Shown: in pieces, positions 28,284 through 42,000 of the stretch
Layout of the letters: each line of letters begins with the position of its first letter
Numbering within the stretch: the stretch's first letter is position 1
DNA from: Eledone cirrhosa
Taxonomy: Eukaryota
Assembly: GCA_964016885.1 (NCBI GenBank)
Contig: OZ024740.1
Coordinates: forward strand, 321,036,001 to 321,100,000
Reading direction: 5' to 3'
Length of the DNA stretch: 64,000 nucleotides
Notes under the pieces: model-generated
Told to the model about the DNA's origin: nothing
What the model saw: the letters and a program-made list of their open reading frames with translations, nothing else
Databases searched by the model: none
Made by a program: the position numbers and the translations under genes

Positions 28284-28682
28284 TTCGTCCAGGTTTTTAT
28301 CCAGGTGTAAATATCTTGTGACAGAGGTATCCGACTGTTCAGCAAGTGACTCAGCGTCAGCGTTTCCTTGTTCAAGAATGTTGGCAAAGTTATCAACAAA
28401 CCAAACCCAATGGTTTTTACCTTCTATTCTCATCACCCCCGAAGTTTTATTTAGTTTTAAAGTGACTCCAGACACCGGCTTCAACTTGATAAGGTCTCCT
28501 TTCTCCCGGTAAGTCTCCTGTGGGTAGAACACCTTCAGAACATTCATCCACCACTTTATAATATCCTTGTAAGTTGAAGTCACAATTAGGAATTTACCCT
28601 TGTCGAAAAAATCCAATTCATGGACTGTTGGTTGGGACCATATAGAAGCAAGCATGGCTCGTCTTTCTTTCTTAGAAGACAT
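28284..28682 (-). CDS. First coding exon (133 aa) of an unidentified spliced gene
   Basis: GCCACT-ATG context with an upstream in-frame TGA. Complex non-repetitive ORF. GAA|GTAAGT donor (phase 0) at 28283. Polypyrimidine plus TTTAG acceptor upstream (exon start 28778). Downstream exons not identified with confidence. Confidence 0.75.
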
Positions 28683-30419
28683 AGTGGCTTGCTCAGGTGA
28701 TCAACTGATGAAAACGAGAAGCTCGCCTCCTAATTCTGTTATTGAACTAGAAAGTAGTTGCAATTTCAATTGGATCGACTAAAGCGGATTATTAGAAAAG
28801 ATTTAAATGGGAGAGAGGAAATGCCAACCGTCAGTGTTTGAAGGTACATTGACAATGGAATTCATTCAGCATACTGTTATGTGGCGAACACGAAAATTAC
28901 CGATAATAACTCATGGCTATCAACGAACGGTTGCAAAACTTTGTGTTTATCAGTCGGCGGGAGGTTAGTAACCCTTTTTGTATTGTTTTTTTTTTTTCTT
29001 CGAAGCTTCTTTCATTTAAGTAGTCATGCTTCTCCAACCTGGACGACTGCTCTGTCTAGCAATGAAAGTAAGTTTGAGCTGCTTAATAAACTACAACAGG
29101 CTATAGCATGTACCGACCTCACAACTCACGCTAAACAAATCAATACAATTGAATATTCTTATAGAAATCATACCTTCACCGAATCAATATACGCACAAAG
29201 TTCGATATATCTTTTAATATGATATTTATTTATAACTTTTTATAATATTATTTTATTTATTTATTTTTGCGGTTCAGTTACAACGGCAGGACTGTGTTGA
29301 TGAATAATAAGCATACTTGATCACAGAAGTGCGTGCCAATTAAGTAAGTCATACCTGACGTCACCTGGAAATGTGTCACAAGTTAATGAAACTGATTGCT
29401 AGATGTCCCATAACAACAACACTGAAATATTTACAGTGAATCTTGTAAAGGTAATCGGTCCGAGATCGCTCTCAGCTGTAATAACTGAGAGACACCGAGA
29501 TTGGTTTTATTTAGTGGTCGTTCAACCTTGATAGAGCGGACATATATTCAAAGGCATTTCAAATATAACCACCACATCTGATTTAGTATTGCACTACCAA
29601 TCTGTCCTTACTTTTCAAGATACTAGGGTGTAATTTGAGATATGTCTGGCTGCTATTTCTAGCAAGTTAAATGATCATATAGAGAGTCTCATGTTAATTC
29701 GCAGTATATACTTGTACACGGATATGGTAGATGAATATCATAATATGTAATACAAAATAGTTTAGTATAGAGTAAAAAACATGAAGATATGGTGCCAATA
29801 ATGGTATATTAACATAAGGCTTAAAAAAAATATAGAAATAGTCTTGACGTTTTGGACACCAAACCTTCATCGGAAAGTTGACACAAAAAAGAGAGGATAT
29901 TTTGGAAAGAGAAGATAAAGGAATAAACGTGTCGATATTTCTCAACAAGAAAGATGAACAAACTTGCCTCAACACTTAATTTTGAATCCTTAATTTTTAA
30001 TTCTTTTTAATTATAATACTCAACATTTGATAAGATGGATTTCACTGATACTTCGAAACCGGTTATATTTTATATACATTATAAAACTCTTTTTTAAAAG
30101 AATTGTCCCTCTCATTTTTTCAATAATGACACTTTGACGAATCAAGGAAGAAAAAAAAAAACAGAAAAACAGATCCTTAAATATATTTTCCGTACTATTT
30201 CCAATTTCACCATCTCTCCTCCCCCCTTTCTCTCTCTCTCTCTATATATATTTATATATAGTTGTAGTGCACCTGAGCACTGTACACAATCATTTCTTTA
30301 TATATATATATATATAAATCCCACCAAGGTTAACTTTGCCTTTCATCCTTACGGGTTCGATAAAATAAAGTACAAGTAATACACTGGTTAATTGCTGGCC
30401 TTGTGCCAAAAGTAGAAAC

Positions 30420-30493
<74 letters not shown>

Positions 30494-30579
30494 TAAAGGT
30501 AAACAGAAATGACAAAGCAAGCGACACAGTATAATGAAGAAATATATTAGTTTAACGCTTGATATAGTAAGGAAAAAGC

Positions 30580-31545
30580 TGCAGTGAGAGTGTGGAAAGA
30601 GCTCACAGAATGGTTCACTGTAAACAGAAGAGTTCGACAGGGATTCCTGGTATCGCCTTTGGCATTCAGTCATTACTCTGAGGAGGTGAGAAGAAAGTCA
30701 GTAGATATGCACTTCACTTCTGGATATGAGTTACTGTTAATGGGAAAGGGATCAACAACCTGCGGTATGCTGACGACATAGAGCAAACTCTCCAGCAAAT
30801 CTACAAACACTGCTGGATAAAATTTACAGAATTTCAAGGGAATATAGTCTGGAGATCAACATTAAAAAGACAAATGTAACGGCAGCAACTAGACAGAAGA
30901 AATGAACATAGGGTACCAAGGTGCTAGGTTTGAACAAGTCGAGAAGTTCAAATACCTTGGTTCAATAGTTGAGCAGACGGCAGAAGGAAGTTGGGTAATA
31001 AAGGCGAGACAAGCAACTGCAAGAACAGTCCTGAGCACACTCAGCAGACTTTGGAAGATAGAGCTCTTACAAAGTCCACTAAAAATAAAGTAATCAAAAC
31101 ATTAGTGTGGCCGGTAGCTCTATATGGTTGAGACTCATGGACATTAAAGGCATCTGACTTGAAACGACGGAGTGCATTTGAAATGTCATGCTATAAGCAT
31201 GCATTCAGAATTAGCTGGACAGCTCACAGAACAAAGGAATCTGTCCTGGAAGAGATTTGTTCCAATCGACAGTTGGTTGAAACAGTAAGGAGAAGGAAAC
31301 TCCAGTATTTAGATCATGTCATCAGGGCCCAATATTTGACTGCCCACATCCTTGGGGGACAAATACAGAGGAAAAGGACCAGGGGACAACAGAAAATGAG
31401 ATGGTCAGATTATATTAAGTAATGGTCAGGAAGGAGTTTGGCTGAATGTACGGCAATGGCAAGAGACAGGAAGAGATGGAGAGTGCTGGTCCATAAGTTT
31501 ATGATCCCCCAACCCTCAGATGTGAGGATGGGATGAGGGGGAAGG
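30580..31545 (+). mobile_element. 5'-truncated RTE-clade LINE (second family) with probable TSD
   Basis: RVRQG..SP, INNLRYADD and AFEM.CY...RISW..RRRKLQY..H..RGQQKMRW. Flanks atagtaaggaaaaag / atagtagggaaagag. Confidence 0.85.
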
Positions 31546-32289
31546 ATAGTAGGGAAAGAGTCTTTACTTTTCGGACACTAATCCTTCATCAGAAGATAGA
31601 ATGTGAAATAAAAGATAGACATTAGCTGTAATATCAGTTAATCCCTAAACATAATAGTTGAAACATAAATTACCCTTAAAGACGGAAAAAGTAGACAGAG
31701 GCTCCAAATGTTTCTAATATAATTAAAGAGTTCTAAGTTAACTAAACGTTGCTGATGTTGTTTTTTCGTAATAATTCTGTTTTTAAAATAATTTTTTTTT
31801 CATATACACAAAGGGTTACGTATATTTTATTTGCAAGGTGAAATTTTCAGTACAAATACAACCACACACACACACAATAAGGAGTAGGAATGAAGTATCA
31901 ATATAGCATCATTATGTTTATTCATGTGTGACGCGCGTTTCACGATCGATCAGCTCAAGGTTAGATCGGCATCGATCGAACCCAATTCTGAAATCAATAG
32001 CACATTTGACTTGTGGATTCTTTGATGATTACACACCAATAATTTTTTTTTATTTATCATCGTTTTATTCACTGTTGTATAAAAAGAGACAATGCTTACA
32101 GAACTAAAGCACAAACAAATATAATACAAAGGAAAGGGAAAGCAAAAACAAAAAAAAAAAAAGAAAGAGAAAAGAAATGAAAAAAAAACCACATCTGTGA
32201 CCACATACAACAAAAGGCAGGCGAAAGGGGTGGGCAACCGAACCACTACCAGAGTAAAAGATAACAGTATCGCGAGGAGCACTGGGAAA

Positions 32290-32520
32290 CCTCTCTAATG
32301 ATTTCTGAGGCAAGCCAGCACGCCCGCAATCTTGGAACTATCCGGGTTGTACAGAAATGATTGGAAAAGACCTGACGGCCTTACCCTGTGCCCCTGGTCG
32401 AGAGGCAGATGCCTTGTCTGGGACGTCACAGATAGTGACTCTTTTGCTTCTTCCCACATCCTGGATGCTACGGCTAGGGCGAGAGCCATCTCCACTGCTA
32501 CGGGTTCGACTGCAAACCTG
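32290..32520 (+). mobile_element. Fragment of an RLE (restriction-like endonuclease) retrotransposon, CRE-like
   Basis: LELSGLYRNDWKRPDGLTLCPWSRGRCLVWDVT motif. Confidence 0.75.
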
Positions 32521-33780
32521 TCGGACAGCGACCGATATGTGGAGAGTTTCTCTCTGTGACCCGAAGTACAGCAGTGCCTGGGTTAGTCGCAGACTGCACC
32601 AGGTTGCCACTGCATATGGCATCCCAGATAAGGGGTTTACGACCGCGAAACGGGAAGATAGTCATGAGGTCTGGCCTTTTGCCATCCTCTTGGCCCAGCC
32701 CCGCCGGCTCAAGCTGGGAGAGGAAGCCTGTAGCACCCAAGCCATGCTTTATGACCTCGTTGAGAGCAACATGGCGTGGAAGGTGGCCGACACTATAGCG
32801 ACAGGACAGCGGGTGGAAGCCGAGAGAGTCTGCGGTGGATCCGCAGTCATATTTGTGTGGCTTGCAGATCCGGAGGCCGAGCCTCAGGGAAACCCCGATT
32901 CGCAGGCTATCATTATCTTGCTGCGTGCCAGTTGAGGGCAAGGCATTGAGCCAGGCACCGTTGTGGTGTTGAAAGGCCAAACGAAAACATGCGAGGCGGT
33001 GCTGGTCGAGCTGGCGTGCTAGCCTGTCCGAGGCCATGTTGCACTGAATGGCATCCCATATACTCTGGGGGGGATTTGACGTCTACAGGCGGAAGAGGAG
33101 AAGGGACATCTATTGGGAGGAGTTAAGCCGGTTCCAAGTCTCGCAGGCGGCCTCGCGTTTCTCGATCACAGTGGGTTCCATTGTGTTGAGGTGAATCCTG
33201 TTGATGAGGACGCAACAAGAGGTTACCGATGAAAGAAACGCCGGCAAAACCAGCGAGACCGGAGACCAAGACCACCGTTTCTAACAGGTAAGGTGGCTTG
33301 TTGACATCCAAAGTCCTCAAACCTGACATTGCATATCTCCTCAGCTGCCACTCGAATACAAACGTCGAGGTCAGCAAGGAGAGATGCGTGGCTGTAGCAA
33401 GGAGCACTATGAAGTGCGTAGAGGAGCTGCTTCGGCGTGGCGAAGCAGTACCCCAACTGGAAAAGGTCTGGGTGGGCGTCAATGATGCCCAGCCTGTTCG
33501 TGAGCTACTGCAGCCTGGATCTGATGGTGGAGCGGATGGCTAGCGGGAAATCGGCGACCCGAGGATGAAGACATCCCCTTTGGGGGCCACCTGCTTCTGG
33601 CGGAGAATGGATCGCACGACCGCAAAGTTCTCTGCGTCGTGGTTGACATTCACCAGCTCCGACTTGGACGAGTTGACCTCGAGGCCGGTTCTCGTTGGAG
33701 CAGGAACCACCGATCGCAGGTCGTGGCAGAGAGTTTCCACAGACCCGCCCAACGTGACATATTTCTTTACATCCCCCATT
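32498..33780 (-). mobile_element. Degraded CRE-like non-LTR retrotransposon (RT C-terminus, zinc knuckle, RLE)
   Basis: GLEVNSSKSE, ATLPVRNGGLG, GAWLNALP..LRLG..C.C..HPLSC..RH..LN..EP.GL..DGKRPD..WDA. Frameshifted. GC-rich island. Confidence 0.85.
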
Positions 33781-33974
33781 ATCAGTGGTTTTATTTTTAA
33801 CTATGCCGCAAATCTCCGCTTTTATAGAACAGTAGCTTAAGTTAACTGCTTCTTAGGAGAAATGGTTAGAAATCAGTTACGTCTGAAACAAAAACTGATA
33901 ACGATCACATATATTGGCACAATTAATTAATCACCAGGTAACAACAGGCGAATGAAATGGGAAGGAACTATTCA

Positions 33975-34140
33975 ACCGGAAGTGAGATTGTGTTCACCGA
34001 AATAATACAAACACGTGGAGTTTATAAACATTTATTTCTCTGAACAAATATAAGAGGGAAAAACTTTATATTTATCTCTAAAGTATTTTACTGACTGACA
34101 ACGTAAGTTTCCTCGGATATCCCTGTTTTACCTCATATTT
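33975..34140 (+). promoter_or_regulatory. Putative SHQ1 promoter and non-coding first exon
   Basis: ETS/GABP-type ACCGGAAGTG at 33975-33984. GTAAGT donors at 34103 and 34141. A matching acceptor lies before the ATG exon (35996). Inference only. Confidence 0.5.
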
Positions 34141-36010
34141 GTAAGTATATTTACTATTATAGCTTCATGCAAAATGACAAGACACAGTTACATTTATTTG
34201 ACATCACATGAGTATTTTACATAACATTAAAAAATATCTTTGAAAAGTATTTTTTTTGTTATACCATGAGGCGGCATGAGCCTCATCGATGAACGTTCTT
34301 CCACATTGTCTAGACATATATTATTGTGATAACGATACTAAATACATATAATATGGTATTAAAAGGAAATAAAATAACTCTATATAACAGTTTCCATCGT
34401 ACTTGTGTATAAGAACCGTTGGTATGTTTCAAACATCTGCTTAATAATGACAAAAATAGTTATATTACTACATCCCTCTAAATCCTTGATTATTTTCAAA
34501 ATTATAGGCAATGTCTTTTTTTTTTAGAAACATGATAACGAAGGGGTCAATGATAAATGAATAACACGAAGGATAAACAAACTAAATTAAACATATATAT
34601 ATTCAAACTAATGTTAAACGTGTATATATAATTTAAACTAATCGTGTACACACACACAAGTAATGTGCCATAACCGTTGACTATATAATATGTTACTATG
34701 TAAAAACATTTTTAGTTTAACAAAGAAGTAGGACGAAAACTATGAACTGTTTTATTTTTATTTAATTCTTATGAAAAAATGATTTTAATTGACAGAAGAT
34801 CTAATAAAAGCTGTAAAATATAGATGTCAACAAAGAAAGAAAGGAAGAGAAAACATTATGAGAAGTAAATAGTAGACGAACATGTTCAAACAAAAAAGTG
34901 ATGAATGGGAAGAAATGGAATTTTAAAGAAATAGAGAGAAAGTGACTTCCGAACGAGTATCCTCTATTTCCAACTAACTTAGCCCCAGCCTTTGGATCTC
35001 GGCCGACAGGATTGAGAATACATTGTCTCGGACGACGGCGAGGGAGACAGGCTGGAACAGCCGCCCCATTGGTAGAGCATTTGTGAGGTTGACAAATTTA
35101 AAAAAAACGATCGTGTGTCAACAGAATTCAGTCTGATAAAGTTGAGTAAGCAGATAATATTCACTTGGTTGTGAGAAGAGAATTGTTATGACTCTGCACG
35201 AAATGTTAGCACCCTCTTTATCAGGCGATTCTTTTGGTGAGGGTGCTTGGCTATTCCAGCACCTTTGTCTCGCTATCACCCGGGGTTACTGAAGCAGACC
35301 TGCCAACCTCTAAAAACTCAAACGGGTAGTACCATGACAAGTGCTCCAAAATGGGGAGATTTTACATAATGAAAGCTATACTCATTTTTACATCTTGTCA
35401 CCCACCCCAAAATAGGGGAGAGACAGGTCTGCTGAAGTGTCAGGTGATGCTCATGGTTAGAGTGCTTGCCTATTTCAGCACCTTATCCCCGCTATCGCCC
35501 ACAGTAATATCGTGTCATGGCTTGCCTGAAAAAAATTCTTGGAGGAAAACCACTAACATTTTGCTGTAGTGTGTGTATGTCTTTTCCTTCTTTCCTTTGA
35601 TTAATTTTTATTGGAAATATGGCGACAGAAGGGTTAAGTATGGATGGGTTTTATTACTATTGTAGCTGACTCTATCAGTATTATTGTTGTTGATGTTTAG
35701 CCCAAGGTGGGCTCTAATTAAGCAGACCTCTGATCAAAGGTGTTCCTGACACGAGCATCCCATTTTTTTGTTGTTGTATATCTAGGACTATGTGTGTCCC
35801 AGTTTTTAGAATACGTACACTATATTCTTGCTTGTTGTAAGAGGCAACTAAAAGGGTTGGCATTAAGCAAGTTATCCAGCTGTAAAACATTCTCTTAAAC
35901 CATCCAGCCCAATCCATGTGGACATGATGGTGTGGTAAATATTTTGAAATTTAATCTTCCATTATTTTATTGGTTAACTGTCTTCTATGTAATAGGATTG
36001 AAGCATCATA

Positions 36011-36085
36011 ATGTTGACTCCACGATTTGAACTTAGCCAAGACAGTAATTTCCTCCACATCGTAATTGATGCTGTACTTGCTAAG
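36011..36085 (+). CDS. SHQ1: SHQ1 coding exon 1 ([25 protein letters not shown])
   Basis: ATG at 36011. Donor AAG|GTGAGT. Confidence 0.92.
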
Positions 36086-39000
36086 GTGAGTTGTTTACAC
36101 TACTTCCTATTGAAGTTTATTTAACTTTGTACTTCTCAAATAATAAAGATATCTTATACTGGCTTAACCCAATAACATTTAAACTGGCCATATCTGGCCA
36201 GAATTCTCTCACCTCTTTCTGTTCAAACCAGATGTAACCAGCCACACATACCAATGTTAAGTTATTGTTCTCAAAATAAATAATATCAAAATTTCATAGA
36301 TTTGATATTATGTAAGATAAAGCCTTTACTGAGAAAATACAATAGTATAAATAGAGTAATGTAAATGCTAAAGGGTTAAGACCAGTTGTAAGGGATGGTT
36401 GTTTGTAATTGAACTGTAACTAGTTTATGGCTTGAACTTATTATTTTCACCCCCTAAACACATCTGTCTTGGGACAAATTATCCTTCCTTCCCTTCCTCC
36501 TCCTCTCTTTGTATGGGGTAGAAAGATCTCTTGTCAATGACTGGCAGACTTTCTAGTGTGAAGGTGTGAGTTGGATTCCTGAACTAGGTTATGTATTGTG
36601 TTCTTGAGCAAGACACTTCATTTCGTGTTGCTTTACGTGATAGAACTTGGGCCCCTATCATGATAATACATGAGAAACCGCCTATGAGATTTAACCAGGA
36701 AGGAGGCCAGCAAAACCTATGTAGGAGTGAGCTGTAAATTTCATTTTTTTTAAATTTTCAGCTTCTCTAGTTTTGGCACCATGATGAAATTCTCTGTACA
36801 CACTGTTAAGTGGTTGTTGTTAGGAAGGACATCCAAGCATAAAAATTATACCAAACACAATTCAGTTGTGTCAAGAATATGACATCTTCCTGACTGCTGG
36901 TGCACAATAAAATACACCCTGTGGTTGATGATAAGAACGGCATCCATCGGTAGAAGCTATGCCAAAACCAGAATGTATGTAAGCAAGATATTAACCCTGG
37001 TCTATCTGGGAAGACAATAGCTTCAACTAAGTACTATTATGTTGGGGCCACTGGAAAATACAGCCTGTACGCTCTGTAAAGAGATTAGTGTTAGGAAGGG
37101 CATCCAACCACAAAGCCATGCACAAAATTGAGATGTATGAGTAAAATTAGTTTCAAGTTTAAATTTTAATCTTTTTCTCTGTTCATTTTTTGTTCTTCAG
37201 ATTTCTGACACAGAAATAGATATTGATGAGGATGAACTCATCTTTTATTCAACACCCTATTATTTACGGTAAGTTATGTTATTAAATCTTTTGGGATATG
37301 TTTGTGCCATTCTCTGAGAATGATTGTGTCAACCTTTTACGTTTGAGGAATGATGTCAATTTTCATGACTACCACTATTATCACCATCATCATCACTACT
37401 ATCACCATCATCATCACTACTATCACCATCATCATCACTACTATCACCATCATCATCACTACTATCACCATCATCATCATTTCTGTCACCACCTGACTAA
37501 ATGAATGCCCACTTAAGTTTAATACCTTCAGATTGTATGATATATACATGGTCTTTCAAAGGTCACTATTTTGAATAGTTGTAAGTGCACTGAAATTGTG
37601 ACTTTTGTTTATACTTCAATGGTAAATCTTATTTTTTTACTTTTCCAGCCTCCATCTCCCTGGCAAACTTGTTGAAGATGGCCACGAGACGTGTACATAT
37701 GAAGATGGTAATGTTGCACATTTTAACTGATCTACAGTGTTTTAATCCAAAATGCTATTGGTTTTTCTCATTCTGATTTGTGTGAACGATTCTTTTACTG
37801 GCTCTGTTCATTAGATTGTGGCCATGCTCAGGCACAGTCATCAAGGGATTTAGTCAATCATATAGATACCAGGAGGGTGGTGAATTGGCAGAGTTGTTAC
37901 AACATCGGATAGAGTGCTTTATGGTATTTGCTCCGGCTCTCTGCTCTCTGACCCCCTACACTCTACAGAATATATTTTATCATGGCACCAATACTAGGAA
38001 GGTTGTCATGTCTATGGCACAGCTGAAGAGACATGACAAACTGCTACACAATAAACAATCATTCACTGTATGGAAGCCCAATGTGTGTATGTTGCAAGCA
38101 GGGAAAAGTGGACATAAAATGATGATGATGATATGAGAGAGAAAGAGAGAGATAGCCTGCTGTATTGGGACTGGGAATACCACAAATCAGAGTAGTACTC
38201 GATACATGGTATGATGCAAAGTTAATAAAATAGAGGATCGACCAGGATTTTGGGTGGTTTTGTCTAGTTACCTCTTTTACTGGTTCTAGCCAAAACTGCT
38301 TGAGTTTGTGGTCAATCTTCTACTTCATAAATATATATATATATACATACATACATTGGGATTTCACATAGTTTCCTTCTACCAGATTTCACTCACAAAG
38401 CATTAGTCGATCCAAGGTTATAGAAGACACTTTCCCAAGGTGCCATGCAGTGGGACAGAACCTGTAACCACATGATTGCAAAATGAACTTAGTAATCACA
38501 TAGCCATGCCTTGTCAATAAACTTTGACTCTTCTGTGTTATAGGAACAATTTATGAAATTCTTTGAATTGAAATTTAGTTTATTGATCTATGAGGACTTA
38601 ACCGTTTCATTACTATATTTTTTAATGAAAGACACTTTCTATGTGTTTCAAATAATTTTGAAAATAATTAAAGTCTTTTGGGGAATTTAAAAATATAATT
38701 TTCTCTGGTATTTAAAATGTAACTTAACATAGGGTTTTACATAAAATTTTGATGGAAGGCTTTTCAATAAATATACTGCTTAATATTGTAGAACTTTGGC
38801 CAGTTTCAGTTAACTTTTCATGTAATAGGATGTAGTGGCATTCATACTCTTGTAGTTTCTTTTCTTTTCCTATCCAAATAATTCTTCCATTTTATTTATA
38901 TATTTTTTCTATTTTCTTCGCCAGGAAAGTTTTCTATCCAGATTCCCAAGAAAGTTCCAGGTGAAACCTTCCAGGGCCTGGATATGATCACAAAACTGCT

Positions 39001-42000
39001 GACACCAAAGGGAAAATATTCAGCAAAATCTCCATTAATTGAAGTTTTAAACAGTAAGCAAAATAATGTGGTTGTTAAGAAAACAAAGGTAGATGAATGG
39101 CTTGTGAGAGTAATATAGGACTCTGTTCTCAGTCTTCTCTTGTTTATTATAGTTTTCCTGGCCAACACAGAAGAGTTCAAACTGGTTGTCCATGAGAACG
39201 TCTGTGTGTCTATGGCCTAGTTCTCACAGCTGAATTTGTTGAATTATCATTGTCACTGTTTGACATTCTTACATGGGTTAGACAGGTTGTCATGTTATGT
39301 GGTTGTGAAAGTCAGATGACCATATTTTGCTTGTACAATCTATTTTTGGCTTGATTTTTCTACATCTGGATGTCCTTTCTAATGCCAACCACTTTATAGG
39401 GTGGACTGAAGGATTTGTTTTGTTGCATCAGCACTATTACCTTACAGGGTAGACTTCGCATTTTTTTCTTGGGGCACACGACCTGAAAGAAAACCTAGCA
39501 AAGACTCCAGTTTTAGTAGGATATAGAACTCTACATCTGGGAAGTGGAATGTACAAGAGATGTTGTAGGATCACAGACAGGTTGACAGAGAAGATAGATT
39601 TTTGTATGCAGCAGATGCACAGGAGTGGTTAGCAGTAAGATCACATGTGAAGTATATTGTTTCAAGGCTTGGGAGACTCTAGAAGTAGCTATTAGCTTTT
39701 GTTACCTAAGTGGCCTAATTAACTGTTGAAATGGAAGCTCTGGAAGCATAGTAAAGAGTAAGAACAAAGTGGGAAAATTTCAGGGTGATATTACCTCTTC
39801 TGGCAATAAAATGATTCTCTCTCAGAGTAAAGACAGATTATATGATGCCTTGGTCTGAAGTGCAATGTTGTACGGTAGCAAGTCATAGCCATTTAATGCA
39901 AGCATTGTGCATCAGCTGAAAAGAAATGGGACAAATAGGCTTCACTTGATGTGTATGTTAGTGTGCATGAACGACAAAGCACAAATTAACTGAGAAAAAA
40001 CTGGGTGCACATGAGAAGACTGCACTAGATGTGGAAGGAAGACCTGGGATTAAGTGGGAATGTTGACTCCAGAACGCTGAACCTAACAAAGATAACAAAT
40101 GGTAAGGTGTCCTAGAAGAGGTGGTCAGTTAAACCCATGCAAGCATGGAAAAATGATTGAATAAATATACAAACACCAACAAAGTGTAATAGATAAAAAA
40201 TTAAAGTTTATTACTATGATGCTCAGTAGAAGTAAAAAAAAAAAGGTATTCTTGGTGTTTCAGGCTTAGTTCTATTTTGGAAAACTAGATGGAGACTGAG
40301 GGAAAGAAGAGGAAATAAGGAAAAGATTAAAAGGAGAGTTCACATGTAGTGAGTGTTTTCCATGTTAGCTATTGACTGACTGAAAGTAAGGGGATGGTCA
40401 AATTTGATATTCAAAGATAGGAGAGTGAATGGGAGGGACATATTGCATATATGTATATGTATATATATATATGGTTTTAGGTGTGCATGTCTTTTACTAT
40501 TGTGTCTGTGTGTATCGTTATCAGCAGCAACATTTTACATCTGTTTTCCATTCAAGAAAATTAATATTAACGTATTAAATAAAATATATTTTTCATCTAT
40601 GTTCAGATGAAATCAATGAGTCCAGCAATAAAGAAGAAACCAGTGGAGATGTAAATGAAGAGGAAGAATTTAACTGGTATTTTGAACAACATCCACTTCC
40701 TGACATTATCACTGATCCATATACACAGCATAATTGTTATGGATTTGCTAACAAAAGATCTGGAGTATTTCAAAACTTGGCTGTAAGTTCTTTGAATCCC
40801 TCTTCTCCCCGATCCAACTCCTCTCATCAGCATCATTATTATCCCACCACCACCACCATCATCAGTTTTGTGTCCATTTTTTCCATGCTGGCATGAGTTA
40901 GATGAAACTTTGGTGGCACAATTCTATGGCTTGATGCCAACCCTCACTTGTTTTTTAGTAAGGCATAGATCTGATCTTTACATGTCTATATGCTGAACTT
41001 TCAGACCTCTATTTATGCAGAATGTAAACAAATATCACCACCCATGCTAGCTATGTCAATATAAAAAGAAGCGATAAAGAAATCCACAGACACATACATA
41101 TAGTTTCTGCCTACAAAATGTAGAAAGGTCCAATCCAGCTCACATGTTGCATCCTTGCAGTTGACCATCTTTAATGAGTTGGATGGGGGTTCAGAGACTC
41201 AGTATTCCATATATTTCCATTGCTATAGGTTGAATAACAAACCTCTCAGAGAACTGCTGGTACTTCAACTTCTCAGTAATTTTATAAACATCTCGACAAA
41301 GAAAAAGTTCCCCAGTCTTATTTTTGTTCCAACTTAAACCTGTGTTGCTTTAGCCAGCCCCCCATGAGGCTACATCTCATAGGTAGTTTCTTAATGATGG
41401 GGGTTCCAGTCTTTAAAAAACGTTTGAACGTCCACTTTCTCTGCTAGCAGGGTTTGGACTTCAAGAATATTGAAGACCAGCAGTCACCCATGCATACCAG
41501 TCTTCTCTCTCCATGCCACTGATGTTGTCCAGGGAAAAGCAATGGCAGATATAGCTAGGTACCAGTGATGGCGCAACTCATTTCTACAGCTGAGTAAACT
41601 GGAGCGACATGAAATAAAGTCTTACTCAAGGACACAACATCACCTGGTCCAAGAATTGAACTTACAACCTCATGGTTGCAAGCCCAATGCTCTAACCACT
41701 AAGTCATATTTTTCATTATTGCAGGAAGAATTTTCTGAGACATGTGACATAAATCCTGATGAAGTTTCCCCTCAAACAAGAACACAAGAAAGATGGGAAC
41801 TAGAATCAAAACAGTTTGATCCAGATCATTATATGTAAGTTCACATCTGTACATAAACAGTATTAGGAGTTTGTAATATACTTCAGCTGTTTAGTGTACA
41901 ATTTAATATATAAATTTATGTATTATAATTATATCTATTCCTCTACCTAGTCTTCTCTCTCACACACATAATATCCCCCATCTGCAGCATAGTCCCTGCC

